A DNA stretch of 64,000 nt from Proteromonas lacertae (taxonomy: Eukaryota), in the NCBI GenBank assembly GCA_002245135.1, contig NGBS01000001.1, positions 248,001-312,000 of the forward strand, in the 5' to 3' direction. The translations under genes were made by a program, and so were the position numbers. How positions within the stretch are numbered: position 1 is the stretch's first letter; each line of letters opens with the position of its first letter. Of the stretch, positions 1 through 11,169 are shown piece after piece. Below the pieces are notes generated by a model that saw nothing but the letters and a program-made list of their open reading frames with translations, was not told where the DNA came from and made no database searches.

Positions 1-3000
1 CAGTGAAAGATTTAGGTAAGAACTTGGCTAAATTCGTTGTTGTATTCAATTGTTCTGATGGTTTGGATTACAAATCAGTTGGTCGTATGTTTAGTGGTTT
101 GGTACAATCTGGTGGTTGGGGATGTTTTGATGAATTCAACCGTATTGAAGTGGAAGTGTTGTCTGTCGTTGCACAACAAATTCTATCAATTATGAATGCT
201 ATTAGTGCACATTTAGATACATTCGTATTTGAAGGTCATAATGTTAAATGTAATCCAAATTGTGGTATATTTGTAACTATGAATCCTGGTTATGCTGGAA
301 GATCTGAATTACCTGATAATTTAAAGAGTTTAATGAGACCAGTAGCTATGATGGTTCCTGATTTAGCTATGATTTCTGAAGTTATGTTAATGGCTGAAGG
401 TTTTAGAGATGCTAGAAATTTAGCTAAGAAGACTGTTACATTATACAGTTTGATGGTTCAACAATTATCCAAACAAGATCACTACGATTATGGTTTAAGA
501 TCTTTAAAAGCTGTGTTGAATTGTGCAGGTGCATTGAAGAGAAATCAACCAGATATGGCTGAAGATGTGATTGTATTAAGAGCTTTAAGAGATATGAATG
601 TACCTAAGTTCATTAAAGAAGATTTCAGATTGTTTATATTGTTATTAGCTGATTTATTCCCCGGTTTAGAATTACCACAAAGTGAAGTTGGTTCATTACA
701 AATCGCCATAGAAGAAGAATTAGAAAAAGCAAAATTGCAAAAGAATGAAAATATTATACATAAAACTATTCAATTATATGAATCTAAAGCTACACGTCAT
801 TGCAATATGTTGGTTGGTAAATCATTATCAGGTAAATCAACAGCATGGAAAATGTTAGCTGCTGCTAAAACCAACTTAAGAGAGAAGAAAGATCCAAATC
901 ATTTCGCTGTAGCTTATGATATATTAAACCCCAAATCAGTTCCATTGAATGATCTTTATGGTTATTATGAATTAGCAACTATGGAATGGCATGATGGTAT
1001 ATTAAGTACTCTATTCAGAAGTGAAGCAAATGAAACAGATGTTAAAGATGCTAGTGATTTAGAAACAGTCAAAGAACATTGGTTAATATTAGATGGTCCA
1101 GTTGATACATTGTGGATTGAATCAATGAATACTGTTATGGATGATAATAAGACATTGACATTGATTAATGGTGATCGTATTGCTATGACTGAATATATGT
1201 CATTATTATTTGAAGTATTGGATTTAGCTGTAGCTTCTCCTGCTACTGTATCTAGAGCTGGTATGGTTTACTTGGATTTGGAAGATTTAGGATGGAGACC
1301 ATATGTGAAAACATGGATAGCTGAACATTATGGTCAAGATCAAGAGATTGCTGAGAATTTACAAGGAATGTTTGATAAATATGTAGATCCAATATTAGCA
1401 TATAAACGTAAGAAAGTAGAAGAATTAGTGCCAATCTCTGATTTCAATGCTGTAAAATCATTATGTAACTTATATGAAACATTAGCAACACCTGAGAATG
1501 GATTAGATAAATCAGTAGATCCAGAAGGTTATTATGTATTAGCTGATAAATGGTTCTGTTTCTGTGTAGTATGGTCATTATGTGCTGCTGCTAATGAGAA
1601 GGGAAGAGTGTATTTAGATGAATATATTAAAGATATGGAAACTCAATTCCCACCACATTCAAGTATCTATGATTATTGGGTTGATGTAAAGAGTAAAGAA
1701 TTCAAAGTGTGGGATGATAAAGTTAATAAAACATGGAGACCAGCTCCTAATGCACCATTCTTCAAGATTATTGTTCCAACAGTTGATACATTACGTAATA
1801 CATTTATATTTAAGAATTTAATATTGAATGATCATGCTGTATTGATTGTAGGTAATACTGGTACTGGTAAGACTGTATTGATTCAATCATTATTAGAACA
1901 ATTACCACAAACACATACAAAGTTAACAGTCAACTTCTCTGCAGCATCTACAGCAACAGGTACTCAAGCAATTATTGAAGGTTCAATGGAGAAGAGAGCT
2001 AAAGGTAAATTAGGACCTCCAGGTGGTAAACAAATGATCTGTTTCATTGATGATTTGAATATGCCAAAGAAAGATCTATTCGGAAGTCAACCAGCTTTAG
2101 AAATATTGAGACAGTATATAGATTATGGTGGTTGGTATGATTTACATAAATTAACATGGACAAAGATATTGGACTTACAAATATTAGCAGCTATGGGTCC
2201 TCCAGGTGGTGGTAGATCAGAAATATCTCCACGTATTCAAACAAGATTCAATTTGATTAACTTTACATTCCCAGCTGATGTACAAATACATAAGATTTAT
2301 GGAGCTATTTTAACACCAAAATTAGAAGAATTTGACCAAGATATCAGAAGTATTGCTCCACTAATTGTAGAAGCTACAGTTGCATTATATCAACAAGTTA
2401 GTAAGTATTTCTTACCTACACCAACCAAAGCTCATTATTCCTTCAATATGAGAGATATAGCTAAAGTTATTCAAGGTTTATTAGAAGCTCAAAAGAAGTT
2501 TATTGATTCATCAGATGCATTATTAAGATTATGGATTCACGAATGTCAAAGAGTCTTCAGTGATCGTTTAATTAATCAAGAAGATAGAGATAAATGTAAA
2601 GATTTCATTGATAAAGAATTGAAGGATGTATTAAGAAGTGGTTGGGAAGCTGCAATGACTGGCTCTCCATTCCCACCAATGGGTCCATTGTATGTGTATG
2701 GTGATTTCTTAGATATTGCTGCTGACAATAATCCATATGTAGAAGTATTAGATGTTGCTAAATTAAGAAGCTTCTTAGAAAGTAGTTTAGAAACTTACAA
2801 TCTTGAACCAGGTGTTATTCCAATGGATTTAGTACTTTTCTTAGATGCTATCTGTCATATTACTCGTATATGTCGTGTATTACATCAACCAAGAGGTAAT
2901 CTGATGTTAGTTGGTGTTGGTGGTAGTGGAAGACAATCATTGAGTAGATTATCCGCTTATGCATGTGAAATGAAGACATTCTCTATTGAAATCTCAAAGA

Positions 3001-6000
3001 ATTATAGATTACAAGAATTCCATGATGATTTGAAGGAATTATATAAACAAGTTGGTTTAGAAGATAAACCAACAACATTCTTATTCTGTGATACTCAAAT
3101 TAAAGAAGAAGCATTCTTAGAAGATATTAACAACATATTATCTAGTGGAGAAGTACCAAACTTGTATCAAGTGGATGAATTAGGTAGATTATATGATGAT
3201 TTAAGACCAATTGCAAAGAAATTAGGTATTGAACAGACTGGAGATTCATTATGGCAATACTTCATTAATAAAGTTAGAGAGAATATGCATGTTATATTGT
3301 GTATGTCACCAATTGGTTCAAACTTCCGTAATAGATGTCGTATGTATCCTTCCTTAGTCAACTGTACTACAATTGATTGGTTCTTTGAATGGCCAGTAGA
3401 TGCTTTAGAAGAAGTTGCTAGAAAGTTCTTAGAACCAGTTCATTTCACTAGTACAGTACCAGAAATTAGTTTGAAAGTTGCTCGAACATTTGCTCATGTC
3501 CATAAAGCTGTGGTTGAATCATCTGCACAAATGGCAATTGAAATGAAGAGATTCAATTATGTTACACCAACTAATTACTTGGAGTTGGTCAAAGGTTATA
3601 GAGAATTATTAAATGAAAAGCAGAATGAAATTATTGAAGGAAGAGCTAAACTACAAGGTGGCTTACAGAAATTAGAAGATTCTAGATTACAAGTGGAAGT
3701 AATGTCTAAAGAATTAGAAGAAAAGAAGATAATTGTAGCAGAATCACAAAAGAAGTGTGAAGATTTATTGGTTATTATTGTAGGTGAAAAGAGAGCAGCT
3801 GATGAACAAAAGAAACAAGTAGAAGCTGATAGTGAACGTATAGCTGTAGAAGAAAAGGAATGTAAAAGAATTGCTGCTGATGCTGAAGCTGATTTAGCTG
3901 CTGCTATGCCTGCATTGAATGCAGCTATGGAAGAAGTCAAGAAATTAGATAAAAACTCTATTACTGAGGTTAAATCATATACAAAACCACCAGACTTGGT
4001 AGAAAGTGTATTAAGTGCTGTTATGATTTTGTTTAATCAAAAACCTGATTGGTCAACAGCTAAGCGTGAAATGAGTGCACCAGATTTCTTAAAGAAAGTA
4101 TTGGAATATCCAAAAGAAAATGTTACACCATCTATGATTAACAGAGTTAAGAAATATACACAGAGAGAAAATTTCACTAAAGAATGTGTATTGAAGGTAT
4201 CAGTAGCTGCTGCTGCATTATGTGTATGGGTACATGCTATTGTATTGTTCTCTACAATCTATCGTGAAGTGTTACCAAAGAAAGAAGCATTAGAAGCAGC
4301 ACAAGCATCATTGAAAGCTAAACAAGATGCATTGAAAGAAGCACAAGAACAATTAAAGGCAGTTATTGAGAAAGTGGCAATGTTGAATGCACAATATAAT
4401 GCAAGTGTTGATGAAAAGAATAAGTTGAAAGCTGAAGCTGAAGCATTAGAAGCTAGATTAGCAAGAGCTCAAACATTGGTAGAGAACTTATCAGGTGAAA
4501 GAGAACGTTGGGAAGCTTCTATTGCTGCTTATAATGAATCAGAAGTTACTACAGTTGGTGATTGTCTATTAGCTGCTGGTTGTTTATCATATTCTGGTCC
4601 ATTTGATAGTTTATATAGAACTAATTTGATTCGTCGTTGGCTGATTCATATCCGTAGAAATGAAATCCCATCAACTCCAAGTTTTGCATTTGCTAGTTAT
4701 TTAGCAGATCCTACTGATGTAAGAGAGTGGAATATTCAAGGTTTACCAAATGATAACTTCAGTACTGAGAATGGTGTTATAGTTACAAGAGGTAGAAGAT
4801 GGCCACTTATGATTGATCCTCAAGTACAAGCTAATAAGTGGATTAAGAACTTAGAAGGTAGTAAATTAAAGATTGTTGATCCAAAGAAGAAAGATTTCTT
4901 AAGAACTTTAGAAAGTGCAGTTGCTTATGGTATGCCATACTTAATGCAAGATGTTGGTGAAGAATTAGATCCATCTTTAGAATCTGTATTGAATAAAGCT
5001 GTAAAGAAAGTAGGAAATAGAGAAATTATTAAAGTAGGTGATAAAGATGTAGATTTTAATAAAGATTTCAGATTCTATTTAACAACTAAATTATCCAATC
5101 CACATTATACACCAGAAGTATCAACAAAGACAATTATTGTCAACTTTGCTGTGAAAGAAGTTGGTTTGGAACAACAATTATTAGGTTTAGTCGTACAAGC
5201 TGAAGAACCAGCATTAGAAAACCAAAAGAGTGAATTAGTGGTAGCTGTAGCAAGTGGTAAGAAGAAATTAAAAGAATTAGAAGAAACAATTTTAAGATTA
5301 TTATCCAATGTAAAAGGTTCATTATTAGATGATGAAGATGTAGTTCAAACCTTACAATTATCAAAGAATACATCAGAACAAGTACAAGAACAATTAGCCA
5401 TCTCACAAGAAACAGAAAAGAAGATTGATCAAGCAAGAAGTGGTTATACACCAGTATCAACAAGAGCATCTATTTTATTCTTTGTATTGAATGATATGAG
5501 TAGAGTTGATCCTATGTATCAATTCTCATTAGATAGTTACTTCCAGTTGTTCCAACAATCTATTAATAACAGTAGATCTAAATACAATGCAAGAATGAAG
5601 TTAGATGAACGTATTAAAGGTATTAATGAATATCACACATATGCTGTGTATAAGTTTGCTTGTAGAGGTTTGTTTGAGAAACATAAGTTGTTATTCTCAA
5701 TGCAAATGTGTGTGAAGATTATGGAACATGATAAGAAAATACCAATGGATGAGTTTGATTTCTTCTTAAGAGGAGGTTTTGTAATGGATAAAACAGAACA
5801 ACCATCATGTCCTTGTAAAGAATGGATGGATGAACAAACATGGGATAATTTAACAGAATTGAATAAATTACAAGAATTCCAAGGCATTTTAGGTAGTTTT
5901 GAACAGAATAATAAAGAATGGAAGCAATGGTATATGTCTCATACTCCTGAAACTAATCCATTACCTGGTGAACTATCTAATAGTTTAACTCAATTACAAC

Positions 6001-7919
6001 AATTGGTATTATTAAGATGTATTCGTATTGATCGTGTATCATTCTCTGCTACTAAATTTGTCGCTGATAATTTAGATCCAAAGTATGTTGAACCACCTCC
6101 ATTTAATTTGAAAGAAATATTTGAAACATCCAGTCCAACATTACCATTAATCTTTGTATTATCACCTGGTGTAGATCCAACTAAACAAGTACAAGCATTA
6201 GCTGATGAATTAGGATTTAAATTAGATACATGCGCTTTAGGTCAAGGTCAAGCTCCAATAGCTACAAATCTTATTAATAATGCATTAAAAGAAGGTTCTT
6301 GGGTATTCTTAGCAAATTGTCACTTAATGACAAGTTGGATGGGTGATTTAGAGAAATTAATTGAAGCTTATTCTGCTAATCCAGATATTCATCCTAATTT
6401 CAGATTATGGTTATCCAGTAATCCATCTAAAGATTTCCCAATCACTATATTACAAAATGGTGTGAAGATGACAACTGAACCACCCAAAGGTTTACGTGCT
6501 AACTTACTTCGTTTATACTCTCAAATTACTGAAGAACAAATCAATAAGTGTGTGGATGTAGTGAAATTCAAGAAATTAATATTCGCATTGAGTTGGTTCC
6601 ACTCTGTGTTATTAGAAAGAAGAAAATTCAAGACATTAGGTTTCAATATTCCTTATGATTTCAATGATTCAGATTTCTCAATTTGTCAAGATATTATTTG
6701 CGATTATTTGAATAAATTCACAGAAAAAACACCTTGGGATGCTTTAAGATATTTAATAGCTGAAGCTAACTATGGTGGAAGAGTTACTGATGATTGGGAT
6801 AGAAAACTAGTAAATGTTTATATTCAACAATATTTATGTGATGATGTATTAGAAATAGCGAAATATCCATTATCTAATTTACCAATCTATTATATCCCAT
6901 TAGATGGTGATCGTCAGAGTTATATCGAATATATAATCTCTTTACCTCAAAATGATGATCCAGCTGCATTTGGTCAACATCCTAATGCTGATATTGCTTC
7001 TATGATTGAAGATACTAAAGATTTATTAGATACTTTGATTAGTTTACAACCAGCTCGTGTTAGTACTGAAGGTGAAAAGAGTGAAGATAAAGTATTAGCA
7101 ATTGCTAAAGATTTAGAAACGAAGATTCCTAGTATGTTCCAATTTGAAGAAGTAAAAGAGACAGTAATGAATAGTGAAAATCCTGATCCAATCAAGACAG
7201 TGTTGTTACAAGAAATTGAAAGATATAACAAATTATTATATGTATTGAAAACTATGGTGGAAGATTTACAAAAAGGTATTAAAGGTTTTGTAGTAATTAC
7301 ACCTGAATTAGAAAATGTCTTTAATGCTTTATTAAATGGTAAAGTTCCTGATGAATGGAGTTTCTGCTATCCATCGTTGAAACCATTAGGTAGTTGGATT
7401 CGTGATTTGAATATGAGAATCGATCAATTTGTTTCATGGGTAGAAAACTTCATGCCAAAAGTAATTTGGTTATCTGGATTTACTTATCCAACTGGTTTCT
7501 TAACTGCAATGTTGCAAATAACAGCTCGAAAGAATAATGTATCAATCGACACATTGGGTTGGACATTCCCAATCATAACAGCTGATGAAAAAACAATTGC
7601 TGGTCCAGCAAAAGATGGTGCTTATGTGAAAGGTATATACTTGGAAGGTGCAAAATGGGATTATGAAAATGCTTGTTTAACAGATGCTAATCCAATGGAG
7701 TTATATTCAGCCATGCCAATAATTCATTTCAAACCAGCTGAAATGAAAAAGAAGACAGCTAAAGATGTTTATATTTGTCCATTATATTTATATCCAGTTA
7801 GAACAGGAACAAGAGAACGTCCTTCATTCACAGCTGTAGTAGAAGTGAAATGTGGAAAAGAAGGTCCAAAATTCTGGACAAAGAGAGGAACTGCAATGTT
7901 ATTATCTTTACCTAGTTAA
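1..7919 (+). CDS. DNAH2: Axonemal dynein heavy chain, inner-arm I1/f beta type (DNAH2/DHC10-like), 5'-partial, intronless in this window
   Basis: 2638-aa ORF: AAA1 CFDEFNR and TMNPGYAGRSELPDNL; P-loops GKSLSGKS, GNTGTGKT, GVGGSGRQS; stalk/MTBD coiled coil; C-terminus YLYPVRTGTRERPSF...WTKRGTAMLLSL, which resembles the DHC10/DNAH2 class. Confidence 0.9.
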   Translation, partial: VKDLGKNLAKFVVVFNCSDGLDYKSVGRMFSGLVQSGGWGCFDEFNRIEVEVLSVVAQQILSIMNAISAHLDTFVFEGHNVKCNPNCGIFVTMNPGYAGRSELPDNLKSLMRPVAMMVPDLAMISEVMLMAEGFRDARNLAKKTVTLYSLMVQQLSKQDHYDYGLRSLKAVLNCAGALKRNQPDMAEDVIVLRALRDMNVPKFIKEDFRLFILLLADLFPGLELPQSEVGSLQIAIEEELEKAKLQKNENIIHKTIQLYESKATRHCNMLVGKSLSGKSTAWKMLAAAKTNLREKKDPNHFAVAYDILNPKSVPLNDLYGYYELATMEWHDGILSTLFRSEANETDVKDASDLETVKEHWLILDGPVDTLWIESMNTVMDDNKTLTLINGDRIAMTEYMSLLFEVLDLAVASPATVSRAGMVYLDLEDLGWRPYVKTWIAEHYGQDQEIAENLQGMFDKYVDPILAYKRKKVEELVPISDFNAVKSLCNLYETLATPENGLDKSVDPEGYYVLADKWFCFCVVWSLCAAANEKGRVYLDEYIKDMETQFPPHSSIYDYWVDVKSKEFKVWDDKVNKTWRPAPNAPFFKIIVPTVDTLRNTFIFKNLILNDHAVLIVGNTGTGKTVLIQSLLEQLPQTHTKLTVNFSAASTATGTQAIIEGSMEKRAKGKLGPPGGKQMICFIDDLNMPKKDLFGSQPALEILRQYIDYGGWYDLHKLTWTKILDLQILAAMGPPGGGRSEISPRIQTRFNLINFTFPADVQIHKIYGAILTPKLEEFDQDIRSIAPLIVEATVALYQQVSKYFLPTPTKAHYSFNMRDIAKVIQGLLEAQKKFIDSSDALLRLWIHECQRVFSDRLINQEDRDKCKDFIDKELKDVLRSGWEAAMTGSPFPPMGPLYVYGDFLDIAADNNPYVEVLDVAKLRSFLESSLETYNLEPGVIPMDLVLFLDAICHITRICRVLHQPRGNLMLVGVGGSGRQSLSRLSAYACEMKTFSIEISKNYRLQEFHDDLKELYKQVGLEDKPTTFLFCDTQIKEEAFLEDINNILSSGEVPNLYQVDELGRLYDDLRPIAKKLGIEQTGDSLWQYFINKVRENMHVILCMSPIGSNFRNRCRMYPSLVNCTTIDWFFEWPVDALEEVARKFLEPVHFTSTVPEISLKVARTFAHVHKAVVESSAQMAIEMKRFNYVTPTNYLELVKGYRELLNEKQNEIIEGRAKLQGGLQKLEDSRLQVEVMSKELEEKKIIVAESQKKCEDLLVIIVGEKRAADEQKKQVEADSERIAVEEKECKRIAADAEADLAAAMPALNAAMEEVKKLDKNSITEVKSYTKPPDLVESVLSAVMILFNQKPDWSTAKREMSAPDFLKKVLEYPKENVTPSMINRVKKYTQRENFTKECVLKVSVAAAALCVWVHAIVLFSTIYREVLPKKEALEAAQASLKAKQDALKEAQEQLKAVIEKVAMLNAQYNASVDEKNKLKAEAEALEARLARAQTLVENLSGERERWEASIAAYNESEVTTVGDCLLAAGCLSYSGPFDSLYRTNLIRRWLIHIRRNEIPSTPSFAFASYLADPTDVREWNIQGLPNDNFSTENGVIVTRGRRWPLMIDPQVQANKWIKNLEGSKLKIVDPKKKDFLRTLESAVAYGMPYLMQDVGEELDPSLESVLNKAVKKVGNREIIKVGDKDVDFNKDFRFYLTTKLSNPHYTPEVSTKTIIVNFAVKEVGLEQQLLGLVVQAEEPALENQKSELVVAVASGKKKLKELEETILRLLSNVKGSLLDDEDVVQTLQLSKNTSEQVQEQLAISQETEKKIDQARSGYTPVSTRASILFFVLNDMSRVDPMYQFSLDSYFQLFQQSINNSRSKYNARMKLDERIKGINEYHTYAVYKFACRGLFEKHKLLFSMQMCVKIMEHDKKIPMDEFDFFLRGGFVMDKTEQPSCPCKEWMDEQTWDNLTELNKLQEFQGILGSFEQNNKEWKQWYMSHTPETNPLPGELSNSLTQLQQLVLLRCIRIDRVSFSATKFVADNLDPKYVEPPPFNLKEIFETSSPTLPLIFVLSPGVDPTKQVQALADELGFKLDTCALGQGQAPIATNLINNALKEGSWVFLANCHLMTSWMGDLEKLIEAYSANPDIHPNFRLWLSSNPSKDFPITILQNGVKMTTEPPKGLRANLLRLYSQITEEQINKCVDVVKFKKLIFALSWFHSVLLERRKFKTLGFNIPYDFNDSDFSICQDIICDYLNKFTEKTPWDALRYLIAEANYGGRVTDDWDRKLVNVYIQQYLCDDVLEIAKYPLSNLPIYYIPLDGDRQSYIEYIISLPQNDDPAAFGQHPNADIASMIEDTKDLLDTLISLQPARVSTEGEKSEDKVLAIAKDLETKIPSMFQFEEVKETVMNSENPDPIKTVLLQEIERYNKLLYVLKTMVEDLQKGIKGFVVITPELENVFNALLNGKVPDEWSFCYPSLKPLGSWIRDLNMRIDQFVSWVENFMPKVIWLSGFTYPTGFLTAMLQITARKNNVSIDTLGWTFPIITADEKTIAGPAKDGAYVKGIYLEGAKWDYENACLTDANPMELYSAMPIIHFKPAEMKKKTAKDVYICPLYLYPVRTGTRERPSFTAVVEVKCGKEGPKFWTKRGTAMLLSLPS

Positions 7920-8082
7920 GAATTGAAAAGTTAATAATCTAATTCATTATTTTTATTGATATTATTTGTGTGTATAGTTTTTATATTAGAATAAACATGT
8001 TGTAAACAATTTGATAATATAATTTAGCTATAAAGGCAAAAATATGATATATTGAAAATATATTCGTTACATGATTCTAAAA

Positions 8083-10950
8083 ATGTTTTATTTAGATGTA
8101 TTATCCTCAATATTACCATCTTCTACTGAAGTATTTTCCTTGATTATATTTTGTAGACAAAAGAGATAGTTGATAAAAGTTTCAGAGAAGTAGATGTTGT
8201 AGTACAAAATGAAAATGACACTAAGAAGGTAAAAATGTTAAAAATAAATGAGATAAAAGAAAAAAGAGTGTTAGAATTCCTAGAGAAAAACACATTATCT
8301 TCAGATTGGTGTTTATCCTTTATTGTTCCTTCTAAAGTATGTCAGTTGAGCAATGCAAATGAATATATGTTATTGGAAAGAGAATATTATTCCAGAGATG
8401 TGGAACAGCTGATAGAAATGAATTCGTTATCAAAAAGTGATATGTGTGATGTGATGTGTTTATTGTGTAATATGCTAATGATATTAAATGAATATGGTAT
8501 AGTGGTTCATAATTTGAAGAGTTCAAATGTGATATACGAAACAGATGATGATAATATAAAGTTATGTGATTTATGGTTAAATACTTTAAGAAAAGAAGAC
8601 GATTTGAGAATATATGATATATGCTTTACAAGCCCAGAAGAGTTAGAAGGTTTAGAATATAATGATGGAAGTGTAATTTGGTCAATTGGATGTATTTTAT
8701 ATGATATGACAAACAAGAAATTACCATTTTCAGAAGATGATAATATTTTAAAAACTCTAAGAAATATCTTCAAATGTAAATACAGTTTTGATGTAGAAGG
8801 TGATGATTCAATAAAAGAACTGATAGAAAGAGTATTAAAAGTGAGAAACGAAGATAGAATGAGTTTAAAAGAATTGAGAGAAGAAATGATGAAAATGAAT
8901 GAGTTATTGAAAGATTGTGATAATAATCTAATGATATGTAAAGAAAGAAATGAAATAATATTGGCTAATGATTATGTAGTAATTGTTCTTCCAATATTAT
9001 ATCCATATGATTATTATCTTGAAAGTAATAAATGGAAAAGTATAAATAATATTATGATAATATTTAAATAGTAATTCGAGATGTTTTGATTAAATCGTAC
9101 AATAAAAAGCCAAATGAGAAAATACTGTCAATGTTATTGATGATGAAATTGTATAAAGAAAGAAATAATGAAGGTGATGATTGTATATATTACAGGTTTA
9201 GTGAAAAATATTCCATCAAAGATTATATGGAATTTCAAATATTACACAAATGTACAGAAGATAAACAATGTATCTTAGCTAAAATGATATATTATAATAA
9301 TTGTAAGAAGAATAAAATATGTTATTTAGATGAAATGGTGTTTAATATTGATGAATATGGTGATAATAATGGAATAATTAGAATAGATCCAGATTGTTTT
9401 TGCTTATGTGAAGAAGGGCTGAATTATTTATTCAAGATATTAAAATTAATCAATCCAAGTAGACTCAAATTTGGTATAATTGTAATATTTTATTATTATA
9501 TAGTCTATATTCCTATTCCGAATAAGCTTCAGTTATTATTTGCATCATACTTTACACAATTAACAAGTTTACGAGAATTAAGTTTATCATGTTGCTGTCT
9601 GACTTCTGATTTTTTTAAGTCGTTTATAAAATCAATTCCATTTATGAAATTAAAGTATTTAAATGTTCAATGTATTTATTATTATCTTAATGTTATTATT
9701 TCATAGCTAATCCTGTTGGACCAGAATGCTTTAAGTTATTACTTCCATATGTGCATTTATTGATCAATAATGATAATGAATTGGACTTATGTGGAATGAG
9801 TTTAAATGATGAATCAATGATGTTTTTATCAGAAGAATTATACAAATATCCTAATCTAAATAGAATAGATATTACACAAAACTATGATATTCGTTCTGTT
9901 GGATTAAAAGCCTTATTCTCAAAATTTCCTATTTCATCAATAGAATTTGATTATAATAAAAGAATAAAGGAATTACTGGTTGATAAAGATATTCCAGAAT
10001 TAATAAAATATATAAAATTTAGACATAATAATAAATTAAAATTATGTGGTTTAGAAATCGATGATTATACAGTAAAAAAAGTCCTTTCTATTAGGTCAAA
10101 TGAATTGAAAAATATAAATGAGTTAGATTTGAGTAGTATGATTAGATATTTAATATATAATTTAGATAACAAGCTATCATTTGAAAGTGTAGAAACACTG
10201 ATTAACAATTTATCTTCATTTACAAATCTTAAAGAACTTCACTTAAATGGAAATCTGCTAGGAGATTTGGGAATGAAATTATTCTCTCCACATTTAAATT
10301 TACTGGAATATGCAGATGATTGGTATTTTTTTAATACAATAGATTGTAGAAGTATAGTAAATATTATGTAGCTTAATAGAAATGGGATTATCGTCAGTTG
10401 GATTGAGATATTTGGTAGATGGTTTAAAGAATGTTCATGAAAACATCAAACTAGATATAAGTGATAATAGTATTGATGGAAATGGAATAGAATATTTGAT
10501 GAATTATATGAAAGTTAATAATAATATTAAAAAGTTGTTGATTAATGGTATTCTCATTTATTATAATTCTATTGTTTAATAGAAAATCCAATTGGTAATT
10601 CTGGATTTATTCTGCTGTTAAAAAATATTGATGTGCTAATGGATGAAAATAAACAAGAAATGAATTTGAGTAATATTTCAATAGATGATGAAAGTGTTAA
10701 ATTATTAGCAAGCAAAATTGCTTCGATTAAATATTGTGAAAAAATAAATCTAAATAGAAATAATATAGGAATGAAAGGATTAAAATCAATTTGTAAAAAG
10801 TCTTTAGAACAAGATAATTATCCATTTATAGAAATGAGTTGTTCATCATGGACAAAAGAAGAATCGAAATATTATTCAGAATATTGTGATAAAAAGAATG
10901 ACAGAGAATATATTTATAGTGATGATTTTCTATTTCCATACTATACGTAA
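8083..10950 (+). CDS. Pseudokinase + leucine-rich-repeat protein (multi-exon)
   Basis: ATG at 8083; GT-AG introns join ORFs 8235-10950. Degenerate kinase motifs (HNLKSSNV, KLCDLW, SPEE, IWSIGCILY) are followed by RI-like LRRs (LKELHLNGNLLGDLG). Paralog at 60931. Confidence 0.8.
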
Positions 10951-11169
10951 AGTAAATACTTTATAGGATATATATGCTAGAATCTGAAAAGGAATCTAAT
11001 AGTTGACTTTAGCTTAATTAATGATGTTATTATTATATAAAATGTTATGTTTGCTTTAATGAATGATTGTGTTATTATTTTTAAATTATGAAACGGTCAT
11101 AAATAAAACGAATATATTTCTATTAATTAAATATTTAAAGGACAAATAGAAGAATTATAAGTTTATAAA

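Noticed and set aside
1252..7231. Antisense ORFs within the dynein gene and similar short opposite-strand or alternate-frame ORFs elsewhere
   Set aside because: Shadow ORFs produced by codon bias, with no recognisable motifs.
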